Shown: positions 38,901 through 51,734, numbered from the stretch's first letter. The stretch is 64,000 bases of DNA from Eukaryota sp. GEM-RC1 (GCA_040285855.1 JAUFOQ010000002.1:3658001-3722000), one strand, 5' to 3'. A program made the numbers and translations. The notes: generated by a model from the letters alone, not told the origin.

Positions 38901-40527
38901 AAACACCAATCGATGACTAAAATCGTCACTTGTGGGAGTGTAATAAAGAGAAGTAGCATCAGAAATCTCAACATATTCTCTACCGTCACTTTTTTCCGAT
39001 ACTCTGAACCATTGGAAGATGGAGTTCCCTTCCTTTCCTCCAAAGTAAGTACCATGTCCTTGAAGAACTTCTCGTTCAATGAAAGGACCATCAACACAGA
39101 CTTCAGTAACAGAAGGTAGGGCTGCAGCAACAACCGAAGTAGTTTTCTGAACAACGGCATCACCCTCTAATCCATCAGATCTGATTGGAATAGCTTTGAT
39201 TGAAATGACATGACCAACATCTTCTAATTGACAAACTAAAGTCCTTCCAGTAGCTCCAGGAAGTGGTCTTCCTGATCGTAACCATTGGTACTTGATACCT
39301 TTCTGTTTACCTCCAGAATATCTACAATGTGCAGTCAATATGTCACCTTCAATAGGCTCACCTACTATTTCCAAATCATAAAGCATTGGTGGGGCAGAAG
39401 TAACATTATCAGATAGGATGGTAAAGGTAGACGACGAAGCATCAAGAGCAATAGAATCTCCATAAGAAACAGTGACTCGAGCCATAAGGAATGTGTCCAC
39501 GTCATCACTTGTCAGCACATATGTGTCAGAATTAGTTCCAGGAAGTTCAAAGAACCTATCATCAGCTGCAACATAACGTAACCAAGAATATGACATTTCA
39601 CAGTTAGTTTGAGCCGATATTTGAGGAGAAATAGTTACATTCACTTGCAGAGTTTGTTCTTCGACAGTGTTACCAACAAGCTCAATACCCATCAACTCGG
39701 GAGAACTCTTCTTTTGTTCATCAATCCACCACGTATCGCACGTGACACCTGCCTGATCCAAAGAGCTCGGTACAAAGCCATTTCTACAGCAAAAGCCCAG
39801 TTTTAGAGGTAATCCAACAGCAGCAAAGTGTTCTTCTTCGCTAAGGATCGAACCATCAACTTTACGAAGAGTGTCAGGGTTAGAAACGCAACAGGAGAGG
39901 AGTCGGAAGTCGTTGCAGCCAGCGATGGGGTTGTCGATTAAGCGTAGAACCTCGAGGTTATGGAAATGGGGGAGACCATCAAAGGAGGAGATGTTGTTAC
40001 CAGAACCACATAGAACGCGGAGTTCAGGAAGCGGTGGCATTCCTTCGAAGGAAGAGACGTCGTTCTGGGAGAAGGAGAAATGTTCGAGGAAAGCAAGGGA
40101 GGGCATATCAGAAAGAGTAGACAGTTGGTTGGAATTAACATATAGCTGACGGAGAGACGGAAAAGAGGAGAGAAAGCCCAGTGTCGTAAGCTCATTATAC
40201 CCAATGTCAAGGATTTTAAGGTTTTTCATTATTGGTACATTTGAAAGGGAAGAAATGCAGTTATCTCGCAGATACAGAAACTAGGATGAGGTGGGATGTG
40301 TACAAACTTCAGTTTTTGGATTAGACTTGAGGCCTGTAAGAGATTTGAGACGTTTTTTGTTGAGATTGATACGCTGATGTGAGGTATATAAGTAATCATA
40401 CTCCATCTACAGGTCTGACATCTTCAAGGATGAGTAAAGAATCAGAGCGAGTTTTGTTGTCAGTAAAGCGACTGGTACGTGGAGTACGAGGAGAGTCAAG
40501 TAAGCTCCGTTTGAAGGAACTACTCAT
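35934..40527 (-). CDS. AIR9: AIR9-like microtubule-associated protein (N-terminal LRRs plus multiple A9 Ig-like repeats); introns 40374-40401 and 40281-40307
   Basis: SDS22-type LRRs (LKILDIGYNELTTL..LRLIDNPI). Repeated Y.GG.EG.S.IQW....Y.P...DVG..L.V...PVR.DG..G A9 units. ATG at 40527 joins through two GT-AG introns. Three single-base shifts in homopolymers near 37520, 36930 and 36585. Confidence 0.88.
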
Positions 40528-40763
40528 TTTGTGAGGTTAAGTGAAGTGATGAGTTTATTTGGCAAATTCAGACGACTCTTTATGTTGAATGTACTCACAA
40601 CAAATGTGCACTGTTTGAACAATCGACATGTGAGTTCTGTTTGTAGTACTTGGGAATATACAACGATATTGGAACAGACAATACATATAAGTATATTTAA
40701 TCAGCAATTTAATGAGCTATAATTATGAAAAAACAGACAAAACGCATTTACAAGAGTTTATTA

Positions 40764-41186
40764 CTAAAAGAACTCTTTTATAGATGCACTAATATCAACA
40801 TCAGCTAGTGACACTCTGGGTACGGACAAAATTGACGGGGAACTGAAGGATAACTCATCTGTAAGCATGTCTAGAGATGCAAAGGAAGGACATGGAAGAA
40901 GATGTGCTACGGAGGATGGTCTGGCAGCAGCACAAGGGAGGGAAACCATACGACGATCAGCCTCTATGACCTTGGACATGAGAGAGTTTTTGAGAGTCAA
41001 AGATCGAGGGCCTGTGAATCGGGAATTGTCGGTTTTAACGTCGTTATTTGCCGAAGATCTTATATCATGTGCAAGAGTATAGTTTTCCTCAGTTTTTTTA
41101 AGTCCAAAGACAAAATTGTCTTGATTCGAGATAGCAAAGTTCATGAAGAGAGAATTTTTGTCTACTCTTAGCCACTTTATCTTCAT
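40764..41186 (-). CDS. Hypothetical protein divergent from the NEK kinase
   Basis: Open frame of ~125-140 aa from an internal ATG (41186 or 41144), coding-like GC, AT-rich sequence after the stop. Confidence 0.45.
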   Translation of the reverse strand: MKIKWLRVDKNSLFMNFAISNQDNFVFGLKKTEENYTLAHDIRSSANNDVKTDNSRFTGPRSLTLKNSLMSKVIEADRRMVSLPCAAARPSSVAHLLPCPSFASLDMLTDELSFSSPSILSVPRVSLADVDISASIKEFF

Positions 41187-41198
41187 CTTCTTAGATCT

Positions 41199-43123
41199 AT
41201 GGACCGTTATCGGCGTATTAAAGTAGTCGGAAGGGGTCTTTTGGTGCCGCAATTCTTGTGCGTCACAGACAAACCTCTCAACAGTTCATCATTAAGGAAA
41301 TCAATGTGTCTCAACTTTCTCGCAAGGAAAAAGCCGAAGCTCTTACAGAAATCCGTGTACTCTCTCAACTTAATCACCCTCACATCGTCACTTACAGAGA
41401 ATCATTCATTGCGGAAGGCAAACTTTGTATTGTTATGGACTATGCTGAAAAGGGAGACGTGTATCATCACATACAACAGCGAAGGGGACTTCATTTCAAG
41501 GAAGACATGATCTGGGATTGGTTCACACAACTGTGTTTAGCCATCAAACATGTCCATGACCGTAAAATTCTTCACCGAGATATCAAAACTCAAAACGTCT
41601 TCCCTAACACAAGAAAACACTGTCCAGTTGGGAGATTTTGGAATCGCCTTGAGTTTTAAAGTCAACAATGGAGTGTGCTAAAACTGCTATTGGTACTCCC
41701 TATTATCTATCACCAGAAATTTGTGAAGACAAACCCTACAACAATAAGTCTGATGTCTGGGCGCTTGGATGTGTTTGTTCTCCTTCTATTATTTACTGTA
41801 GGTTTTATACGAAATGACGACTCTGAGACATGCCTTTGATGCTAACAACATGAAAGGATTAGTTCTTAAGATTCTACGTGGTGTTTATCCACCAATTCCT
41901 TCACATTATTCGTCAGAGTTGCGATCTTTAATTGCAAGAATGTTTGCACGTGATCCTAGACAACGACCTTCAATCAACAGTATATTAAAACTTCCTTTTA
42001 TGCAAACACGTGTTCAGAAGCTACTTTCGAAATCAGTAATCCAAACTGAATTTGCCCACACAGTTATCCACAATAGACCCTCTCCAGCACTTCAAGCAGA
42101 ACTTCCCGATGACATTGCTAGATTAGATCCTTCAAGGCCACGTATTTCCAAACCAGCTGTCCCAAAGCCTGCAGTTCCAAAGCCTTATAGACCCCCAGTG
42201 CCAAGGGTAGAGTTTAAGGAGCCAGAAGTCAGACGACAGTATGAACCTCCAAAGAGGGAAATCGAGGTGAAGAGAGATGAAATTAGACGAGAACATGAGA
42301 TTTCGGTTGAGGAACGTAGAAAGGCGTTTCTGGAACAAAAAGCTGCCGCTGAACGTAACAGACGAAGAATTCTTATCGATCGGGGTATCTTACCAGCTGA
42401 TGACGAGCCTGTGGTTCAAAAACCACGTGTACATTATGAACCTCCTGCGCAGCCACAACAGCAACCCAAAAGCCCCCCTTATCTCCAAGAGAAAGAGCGA
42501 GAAGAATTCTTGACAATATAGAAAAGGAAAGGCAAGAGCGTCATGCTCGGCTTCGAGAGTTACAAAACAAAAATAATTTATTTCTGGAGAAAAGAAAAGA
42601 AGAACTACGAGTTCAGCAAGAACATGTACAAAAAGCTGAGGTGGCTCCAAAAATTGAACATAATTCATCACCGTTTGAAGACAATGAATCTAAAGATACT
42701 GAAGAGGACTTTGAGGAGGAAACTCGTGATGACTCATCAAGTGACGAGGAAATTTCTCCGAATAGAACAATTGGATTTAAAAAATGGTTGCTAAAAAATG
42801 ATGAACTCAAGGATGCTGTTCACAAGTTCAAGAATTTTCAGCGCCAAACCATTAATGTTGTTGATGGTAATGTTGTTAAAGATTCGCTTGCTTTTCGAAT
42901 CGAGTGTCTTCAATTGTATCTGGAAGATTCTATAGGACTTGACCAGTTGTTATCCGCTCATTCTAAACTATCGGAATTTAATGATAACGATCAAAATGAT
43001 GACGTGGACGATGATAGGTTTAATTCGGAGTTGAAGCAAATCCTTGGGGAAAACATTGGTTTTTTGACGCTTATTCAACAGTTAATATACTGTCAGTTTA
43101 GGTTTAACTCGATGAGTAACTGA
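41199..43123 (+). CDS. NIMA-related kinase (NEK1-like) with long C-terminal tail; 29-nt intron at 41773-41801
   Basis: [13 protein letters not shown](SFG)[78 protein letters not shown], and NEK-type tail [23 protein letters not shown]. Several 1-nt frameshifts. Confidence 0.9.
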
Positions 43124-43280
43124 TTTTTGTAATTTATAAAACTAATCTATTCAAAAAATACATAATTGCAACAATTCTTCCCCGCAAAATATTTCAGAAT
43201 TTAATTTTTCCACACCAACTTCTACTAATTATAGTGACTGGAAGTTTTTCTTTGATTGAATTCATGCAATTATTACAGTA

Positions 43281-44227
43281 CAGTCTACCCCAGGGCCTAC
43301 GGAAAAATATTTAAATAAAATATGGCAAACTTTTTCTTGAATAAATAAATATGAGTTATTGCCGATGAAGAAAATAAATAATTGCAATTATTTAAATTAT
43401 TTATCCAAAGGAAACAAGGATGCTACAACACTTCACAAACGTGATCTAACACGAACACTAGTACCTCTCCAGGTTTTGTGTGTTCTTATAACTTCCCAGA
43501 TAGGTTTCAGTGTTAAGAAGGAATGATTTTAATGTAGACACAGTGTTCTATTCAACGATAATGTGGTCAAACCAAAGCGATGCTGTCCAACAGTTACCGA
43601 ACAATAGCAAACACATTTTCACATATTTGGAAAGTTTCAGGGTTGGAAGAATACAATCAATACCACGGGATTAGCGGTTTTGTGTTACGATGAGTAGAAA
43701 TTTTTAAACCAATTTCGTCTGGCTCTATTTCGATAGGGGAATGAACTTTGTCAAGCCCAGAAAGAAGAAACGCCTTGTATTTACACAAGATACCATCAAT
43801 ATTTACAAAGGAGCTACCAAGACCACTACATCATCTCATATTCATGCTCAATTCAAAGAGATAGTTTAAAATCGAATCAAAAATAGTGTAGAAAGTGTAC
43901 GATTCTCTACTGCAATGAGTTCTGTATCTAGTCTCAGGATGAAGACCGTACTGAGTTGAAAAAGTGACGGATTGCAACATGTTGCAGTTTTCACCTTCAT
44001 AAGTTGTCCAGTGAGAGAGCAAAAAAATATAAAAATAATTTTTTATTTTCTGTTTTCACAAAATAAATAATGGAGAAACCCAACTTGAAAAAATAAATAA
44101 AATATCATTATTTATTGTAAATATTAAAATACAAATATTTTTCCGTAGGCCCTGGTCTACCCTCGATATAGTGCCGCCCTATTGGCAGACATTATATCGA
44201 GGGTGGCACTATATCGAGGGTAGACTG
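43281..44227. mobile_element. Tiny (~75 bp) pogo-type MITE split by a hAT MITE
   Basis: Reconstituted 23-bp TIR CAGTCTACCCTCGATATAGTGCC / GGCACTATATCGAGGGTAGACTG with TA on the left. Resembles the pogo end at 17831. Confidence 0.85.
43291..44154 (+). mobile_element. hAT MITE, 864 bp, intact
   Basis: Perfect 22-bp TIR CAGGGCCTACGGAAAAATATTT. TSD GTCTACCC (43283-43290, 44155-44162). Confidence 0.95.
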
Positions 44228-44282
44228 AAATTCTTTCTGCCGCAGTTTGTTAATAGTTTTTTTATGGTACTTCCTCAGATTT

Positions 44283-45562
44283 ATCATGTTTATTCGGCAC
44301 CCAATAAGGTAACCTACCTACAAACTATGAAATTGTAAAAACAAACAAATAATACTAAGATTAAATCCAAACGACTTCATCACCACCCGGTAAAAGATTA
44401 CGTTTATCAACATTAACCTTCACACCAAACTTGTACAACTTCTCAATTAATCTAGAGAAATAGAAAGGCATATTCCGATATATGGAAAACACTATACGGT
44501 TTTTCCATTCAGCCATTCTAAACTTACGCTTCTTTTCTTTACACAATTCTTCGAAATCCTTGAAAAATTGATCACCAGCAGGACTAATAGACCCAAAAAG
44601 AGAAACAGCAAAAGGTTGAAACACAAATTTGGAATATGAGTTTCTATTTAATTCTTCTACTTGAGAGTCATACTTGGAGTGTTTGAGCTTTTCAGCTGCT
44701 GTTAATGGATTAAAAGAAGAATCTAATATCCTACTAACACAAGATTTGTTACATACATCTACTGTAGTAAAATCCATTAATGATTGACTCGATTTAAGCC
44801 ACGGAGTATGTAGATCCCCTCTTTTTTGATCAGTAAATTCATTTTCTGAAAGATGATTCAAAACTGGTTCAACTTTAGAGTGAAAACCATGTGCTTTAAA
44901 CATGGAATAACAAGAATCACGTACACCATCATGAATTACTGCACGTAGATGATTAAAATAACGTCAATTAATTAAATGACGAAAAACACCATTAGCTCCA
45001 CAAGAGCACGTTGAATAGTTTAGTAAATTTGCAGGCCAAATAACCAAACGAAGACGCATATTGATCATCCAAGCTTCATCAGATAGATGTAATCCATACA
45101 CCTTTGGAATTTGAGAAATAAATCCAGAAGGTCCACTATTACAAAGATCGATTAAAAAAAGCAGCGAACTCGGAACTATTAGTTTTAGCCAAGCTAATAC
45201 GATTATTAAAGTCCAAGAGTTCAAACTCTTTTGTCAATTTATTTTGCAGCTTACATACATCAGACGGTAGAGATGAAATATTTTTTAAAGGAGTCTCCTT
45301 TAAGTCAGCAGGGAACAAAGATTCCCACATTTCAGTTTTAACCCTAGCCACATTTCAGAGACAAAGATGATACCAAATCTTTAGCAGATGGAATCCAACG
45401 ACAATTACTGGAATTCAACAGATTGATTCCATCCAAGGGAAACCGTTCCAAAAATTCAAACATAAAATTCTTAACACCTCCTAAAAGAGCAGATCTTCTA
45501 ATGATTTTTGCATGGGTGAAACCTACTCCTGCGAATTCAGAAGAATAAAAAGCATGAAATGA
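44283..45562 (-). mobile_element. CRE-like family D insertion
   Basis: 12-bp TSD TTCCTCAGATTT (44271-44282, 45563-45574). CSCG..HLIN, KVEP..KRGDL..DFTTVDVC..KHSKY..FQPFAVSLFG. Confidence 0.92.
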
Positions 45563-45856
45563 TTCCTCAGATTTTGTTTACAATTCTTTCACTTTGTCTT
45601 CTCAATCAGGAGTCAAGCAAGGAGATCCATTGGGCACCTTCTTTTTCTGCTCGGCCATTAACCCCATTTTACAATTTCTCAAAAGAAGTATGAAGATTTG
45701 GAAATTGTTGCTTACATGGACGACATTTCGTTAATTGCACCAAAGTCTACTTTGGAAAAGTTGCATCGGAAGTTTCTATTTTGTTTGTATATAAAGAAAT
45801 AGGCCTTGAACTCAACATTGCTAAATGTTTTTAAAATTGCTGATCATTTAGAAGAA

Positions 45857-45943
45857 TGATAGGCAATCTGGACTTTGAGGATATTGATTATTAGATGTAT
45901 GTACACTGTATTGTTATTGTCAATAAAAACTGTTAGACAAAAA
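45857..45943 (+). mobile_element. 87-bp family C 3'-end insertion with A tail
   Basis: 12-bp TSD CATTTAGAAGAA (45845-45856, 45944-45955). Sequence matches 28295-28375. Confidence 0.9.
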
Positions 45944-47061
45944 CATTTAGAAGAACTGGTAATTGATGATATTAATGTCCCTTTCATTAATTATCGTTCA
46001 TCTGGCTTTCGTTTTCTTGGTTGTTATCTCGGAAACAATGAACAAATTGAGAAAAAGTTGGACGAATATCTTGTTGAAATTCAAAGTGAACTGAATCAAA
46101 GCCCTGGCTCTAGAAAAACACTTGAATTTATTTCTGCTGAAAGTGTGTTATTCTGGCAGAATCACCCGTCTTTTACGATCTCTGGCCCCTGAGTTATCAA
46201 TTGATTTCTGTCGGGCTTTCAACAAAATTAGAACAGAATTCTTGGCTTATCTTTTGCAAGTCAACCGGAATTTATTGAAAAATTATATTTTCTCTAATGT
46301 CAATTTAGGTGGAATAGGGTTTACAAGTTCTAGATACTGGACAAAAGCTGCTTTCATTGGTGGAGGGAAAAACTTAATATTTGAATTTAGTCAGAGATAT
46401 CCTGACAAATTGTGTCTTCTAGAATCTGTAAACAGTTTCTATTTGAATAGTCTTCGTAAAGAAGTCAGTTCACTTAGTCCAGAAGTTTGGTCCACTTGTT
46501 TTCCGAGAGAAATTCAGGATATCCCAGAAAGAAGTTTGGTTTCTTCAAGGTTTGCTCTAAAAAAGCTTCAGCATCATCTTTCGAAACATTTTGAAAGTTT
46601 GGATTTTGTTGTTCGCATTAGCTCGGCTAAATAAACTAATCCTACTTTCGCTAATTTTCTGTTAGAATTAAAGGATAGCTCTGCATCAGCTTACCTCAAT
46701 CAAATTCCACAAATTTACGGATTGTTACTAGGTGATCATCAGTGGACCACTACAATGCGTTTAAGATGCTTTTGATGGCCTCATAATCTACCCAATGATT
46801 GTTACGGCAAATGTGGACAATTGGTAACGTTATCTCATACATTTTCATGTTCACATTACATAACTTATCGATCTGCTATCCATGACCCTGTACGCGATCA
46901 ACTACATGCCATGTGCAAATCTTACAAAGTTGAATGCTTCATTGAACCTTTGCTCAGATCTCTTGACATCAATCGACATTCCAAAAAGAAAATTCTTATG
47001 GGCAAAGATGTGCTGACTTGATTATACCTTCATCTTCTGAATCTCTGACAGTTATCGATGT

Positions 47062-47889
47062 AAAAAAACGGATTTATGTGCGGAGAAAAACACATAATAA
47101 GATACGTACAAATAAATAAACACTATTAAAACAAATTATCAAATGAACTACCTAATTCCGAAAAGTAGTTGCCTCCAAACAACTTGGACAAAATGGAATC
47201 AACATATCTATACATAGACCTAAAAATCGAAAAAGCAAATTTACTCTTCTAGTACGATCTGTTAAACTTCTTGCCAAATTCTGAACACAAATTTTTAAAT
47301 AAACTTAAAAACTCCTTGGTAGAAGAACCGAAATTTCCGTACAATGAAACTGCAAAAGGCTGAAAGACGATATTATTGTGTCTTCGTGAATTCAATGCAG
47401 CAACTTGATGTCCGTACTTAGACACTTTGGCGTTCTCAGCGTCTTTCAGCGGATCATTTGAGGGATTCAAAATGTTGGCAATAGCTGAAGCTTTGCAAGG
47501 ATCAACGGTCGTAAAATCAACAACAATTTCTTGGCATGACAACCAAGGGCCAATAAAATCACCACGTTTCTGAGTAGAATCAGGGTGATCTGAAAGATGA
47601 GAAAGTAATGGTTCGACTTTGCCATGGAAACAATTCGCCTTAAACATTTCCAAACATGTATCTCGAAGACTGTTGTGCAAAATTAAACGACAATATATGA
47701 ACTTTGAACAATTGACCAAATGATGAAAGCTAGCCTTACGTTGGTTTTTACAGATACACGTGCTGTTCTGTAACAAACCAAATGGCCAAAAACCTAAACG
47801 AAGTCTCATGTTAACAAGCCATTCATGATCTTTTAGATTAAAAATAAATCTCCCTGGCAATTGAGTAATGAAAGTAGATGCTGAATCAA
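47062..47889 (-). mobile_element. CRE-like family B insertion with T7 tail
   Basis: 12-bp TSD AGTTATCGATGT (47050-47061, 47890-47901). ORF 47249..47860 carries CICK..HLVNC..RGDFIG..DFTTVDP..KVSKY. Sense 3' end cataaatccgttttttt. Confidence 0.93.
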
Positions 47890-48904
47890 AGTTATCGATG
47901 TTGTTTCAGTGGATGTGTGCAAAAAAAGTTGTAACAAGTTTGTTACAAAGGAAATCTCGCCTTTAGACATTGCTGAAAATAACAAGCAAAGAAAGTATGC
48001 TGATCCTTTGAAAGACCTGAAACACATTGTCCATGTTGAATATCCACTTGTCCCATTTGCGATTTCCATATATGGTAGATTAGGCAAATTGGCCTTGAAG
48101 TTCCTTGATGAATTTGCAAGGTTGTAGCTCGTAGAACTAACAAAATATTTGATCGTTCTATTTGGCAGAACCGAATTGTCTTTACGATTCTAAAGGCAGT
48201 TCCCACAATGATTTCAAAAGCTTTGTTATCCCTAAGTGTGTTATATGAAGACCAAGCTTCAACAAGGTTCGATTCGAAGGAATCTTGTTTTGATGACATT
48301 GAGTATTAGATCATCTTTTTTATATTCGAATAAATGTACGATATATTAAAAAAGTTTGTTAATATACATAGTATCACATACTAGTATATTAACACAAATT
48401 GACGAAGAAAATTAATACGAACTGCATTAGCTTGACCAAAGTTAAATGTATAACTTTTAATGCATTTTTTCAAGACATCAGCATCTACTTTCATTATTCA
48501 ATTGGCAGGGAGGTTTATTTATAATCTAAAAGTTCATGAATGGCTTTTTTAACATGAGACTTCGTTTAGGTTTTTGGCCATTTGGCTTGTTACAAAACAG
48601 TGTGTGTATCTGTAAACACAAACCGAAGACTGGCTTTCACTGTTTGATACATTGTCCAAAGTTCAATTTTGCACAATAATCATAGATAACAAAAATATCT
48701 TTTATCTCTCAAAGATACATAAAATCTAAAGATGTAAACAAAATTAACAATACTAATCCACGACATGGTCTTGAACCCCAAAGAGTCTCATCAAAATTCC
48801 GTCGAATTACTGGAAACATTGAACGAAATACAGAAAAAACAAGACAATCTGATACCGTTTGGCTACAAAGGGTAGGGAAAAGATGTTTATAAATTAAATA
48901 ATAT

Positions 48905-50750
48905 GATCTTGTAACACTTCACTACCACCTGTGGCTAACATTACCTCTTCTCTTCTTTCGAGCTCCTAGTTCTCTTTGCTACAGGTGTCTTAAATTTGGA
49001 AGACGTCTCCGGACTACCCTTCCTTTTTTCTTAGGTACGTTTAAGCTTAGTGTTGTTATTACTAGAGCTGTTTCTATTGTCACGAAATAAATCTAAATTG
49101 TCTAATTTTACAAAGTCACTATACGCTTTGGTGTTCTTGATGTCCTTGATGGGAACTGATGAAGTATCACCACCAAACCAAAGTACAGTGCAGAATTCTC
49201 CATCGGGTGTATCAAACCTATCTAGGATCTTAACCACGATGTGTTCTTCAGAATCCCCAGAAGCAATTGCTCTGTGGAGATCATGATCAGCAGGCAGATC
49301 TGATTGAAAGATCTTACATTGATGAATGCTAGTCTTACTAACATATCCAGTGATCAGATTCTTTAATGAAACAGAAGATTTTGAATCAACTGAGACAACT
49401 AGAAAAGGTCAAGTGTAGTTTCCATGGAGCTTACTAGTTTTGGCGACCTTTAACACAAGATCTCCAATCTTAAATGATTGACTAGTGTTAAACTTCTTCT
49501 TAGGCTTGAGTACTGATTGACGATCCTCTGCCTCTTCTCTTTTTTTCGTTAAACGTTCTAGTTTCATTTTAATGTCGTTAATAAACGAAACGTTCTTTGT
49601 TGATTTCTCAACAGCATCTAGTAAACCACTAGGATCTGCACCAGGACTTATGTCACTACCAAACATCAGTTCGTAAGGAGTATGCCCAGTTATTGAACTC
49701 TTTGTTGCGTTGATTTGCAACTGTACAGTTGGAATGTACGTTGACCAATTGACATAATCATTGAAGTCCACAAGGAGACGACGTAGGCATTGCAGAACGT
49801 CTCTGTGACGTCGTTCCACCAGTCCATTACTCTCGGAGAAATGAGGAATCGAACGACTTACTTCAATCGCCAGTAGGTTACATATTGCCTCGAAAATAGC
49901 ATTGGCAAACTCCGTACCATTATCACTATGGATACAAAACGGTATTCCAAAGATAGCAATCACATCCCACACAAGACGATATGCTACTTCTCCACTGTTA
50001 AGTTCTTCGAGGGGGCTCAAAATGGTGTATCTGGTGAAAGAATCTACAAACACCAATAGGAATTGGTTTCCATTTTGATCTTTTGGAAGTGGACCGATTG
50101 TGTCGACATTAAGTCTAGCAAAAGGTCTATCAGCCCATAGAGAACCCGTCGATTCAATTATCTTTTTAGGGATAGTTGCCGTTTTCTGACACGCATGGCA
50201 TTGCTGAACATGTTTTATCATGTCTGCTTTCATACTTGGCCAAAAGTAACCACTATTGAACAATATTTCCAAACTTCGTTTCTTGTTTGGGTGTCCTGAC
50301 TGGACTAAGCCATGTAGCATGTGAAGAACTTTCTTTATTAAGCTAGATGGAATCAAAATCTTGTTCTTTGAGTTCATGTATACATTACTCATTGTACACA
50401 AAGTTGAACCATTAAACAGTTGATCTCCTTGTTCTATCGCTTTAGATTGTTCTGACCTAATGGCGGATAGCCAAGAGTCAAATAAAGGAAGTTTATTGTC
50501 TGTTGAGAGATTACGAAGACACTTGATAGCTAATACGTTGGAATCACGTGGAAGCATCTCAACACAGTCTGCATCATCATAAAGTAAGCCTTCATAAGAA
50601 AGGGTTAAATCACTTTTGATGGAAAGATTTGATTGTTTCAACTGGGCGTCGGTCAATAACACGTGACAACATGTCAGCCCATTGATTGTTTGTACCAGCT
50701 ACATGTACTATCTCAAAATCGAACTCTGAGAAAGTTGGAATCCATCGGTT
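48905..50750 (-). mobile_element. Ty3/Gypsy chromovirus-like 3' fragment (end of RNase H, integrase, chromodomain, PPT, start of 3' LTR), unit 1
   Basis: RW..FSEFDFEIVHVAGTNNQWADMLSR. HHCC H..SGH..CHACQ. DDE LNVDTIGP / IHSDNGTEF / SNGLVERRH. Chromodomain HIVVKILD..CTVLWFGG. PPT aaagaagagaagagg followed by TGTTAG at 48940. Confidence 0.92.
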
Positions 50751-51734
50751 AGGGTTAGGGTTGTAACAAGTTTGTTTCAAAGGAAATCTTGCCTTTAGAC
50801 ATTGCTGAAAATAACAAGCAAAGAAAGTATGCTGATCCTTTAAAAGACCTGAAACACATTGTCCATGTTGAACATCCACTTGTCCCGTTTTGCGATTTCC
50901 ATATAAGGTAGATTAGGCAAATTGGCCTTGAAGTTCCTTGATGTATTTGCAAAGGTTGTAGCTCGTAGAACTAACAAAATATTTGATCGTTCTTTTGGCA
51001 GAACCGAATTGTCTTTACGATTCAAAAAGCAGTTCCCACAATGATTTCAAACGCTTTGTTATCCCTAAGTGTGTTTTATGAAGAACAAGCTTCAACAAGG
51101 TTCGATTCGAAGGAATCTTGTTTTGATGACATTGAGTATTAGATCATCTTTTTATTTTCGAATAAATGTACGATATATTAAAAAAAGTTTGTTAATATAC
51201 ATAGTATCACATACTAGTATATTAAAACAAATTGATGAAGAAAATTAATACGAACTGCATTAGCTTGACCAAAGTTAAATGTCCAACTTTTAATCATTTT
51301 TTCAAGACATCAGCATCTACTTTCATTATTCAATTGGCAGGGAGGTTTATTTTTAATCTAAAAGATCATGAATGGCTTGTTAACATGAGACTTCGTTTAG
51401 GTTTTTGGCCATTTGGCTTGTTACAGAACAGTGTGTGTATCTGTAAACACAAACCGAAGACTGGCTTTCACTGTTTGATACATTGTCCAAAGTTCAATTT
51501 TGCACAATAATCATAGATAACAAAAATATCTTTTATCTCTCAAAGATACATAAAATCTAAAGATGTAAACAAAATTCACAATACTAATCCACGACATGGT
51601 CTTGAACCCCAAAGAGTCTCATCAAAATTCCGTCGAATTACTGAAACATTGAACGAAATACAGAAAAAACAAGACAATCTGATACCGTTTGGCTACAAAG
51701 GGTAGGGAAAAGATGTTTATAAATTAAATAATAT

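Larger units (their letters stand above)
44228..48355 (+). mobile_element. CRE-like family E non-LTR retrotransposon (RT + zinc knuckle + RLE), degenerate, host of three nested insertions
   Basis: RT motifs SQSGVKQGDPLG (~45600), AYMDD (~45710), FRFLGCYLG, LGGIGF. Then HDPVRDQ..IEP..DL..IDVVSVD..KQRKY..PFAISIYGRLG..FDDIEY*, and an A-rich end. Confidence 0.92.

Noticed and set aside
31590..42650. Frameshifts in the STE20, AIR9 and NEK genes as pseudogenisation or programmed frameshifting
   Set aside because: Most fall in homopolymer runs and the conserved motifs are intact on both sides, so long-read error is more likely. Polishing with short reads would settle it.
45330..45355. ttaaccctagcc as an internal telomeric seed
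   Set aside because: It reads as native coding sequence of family D (ARVKTEMW) and is only a single imperfect repeat.
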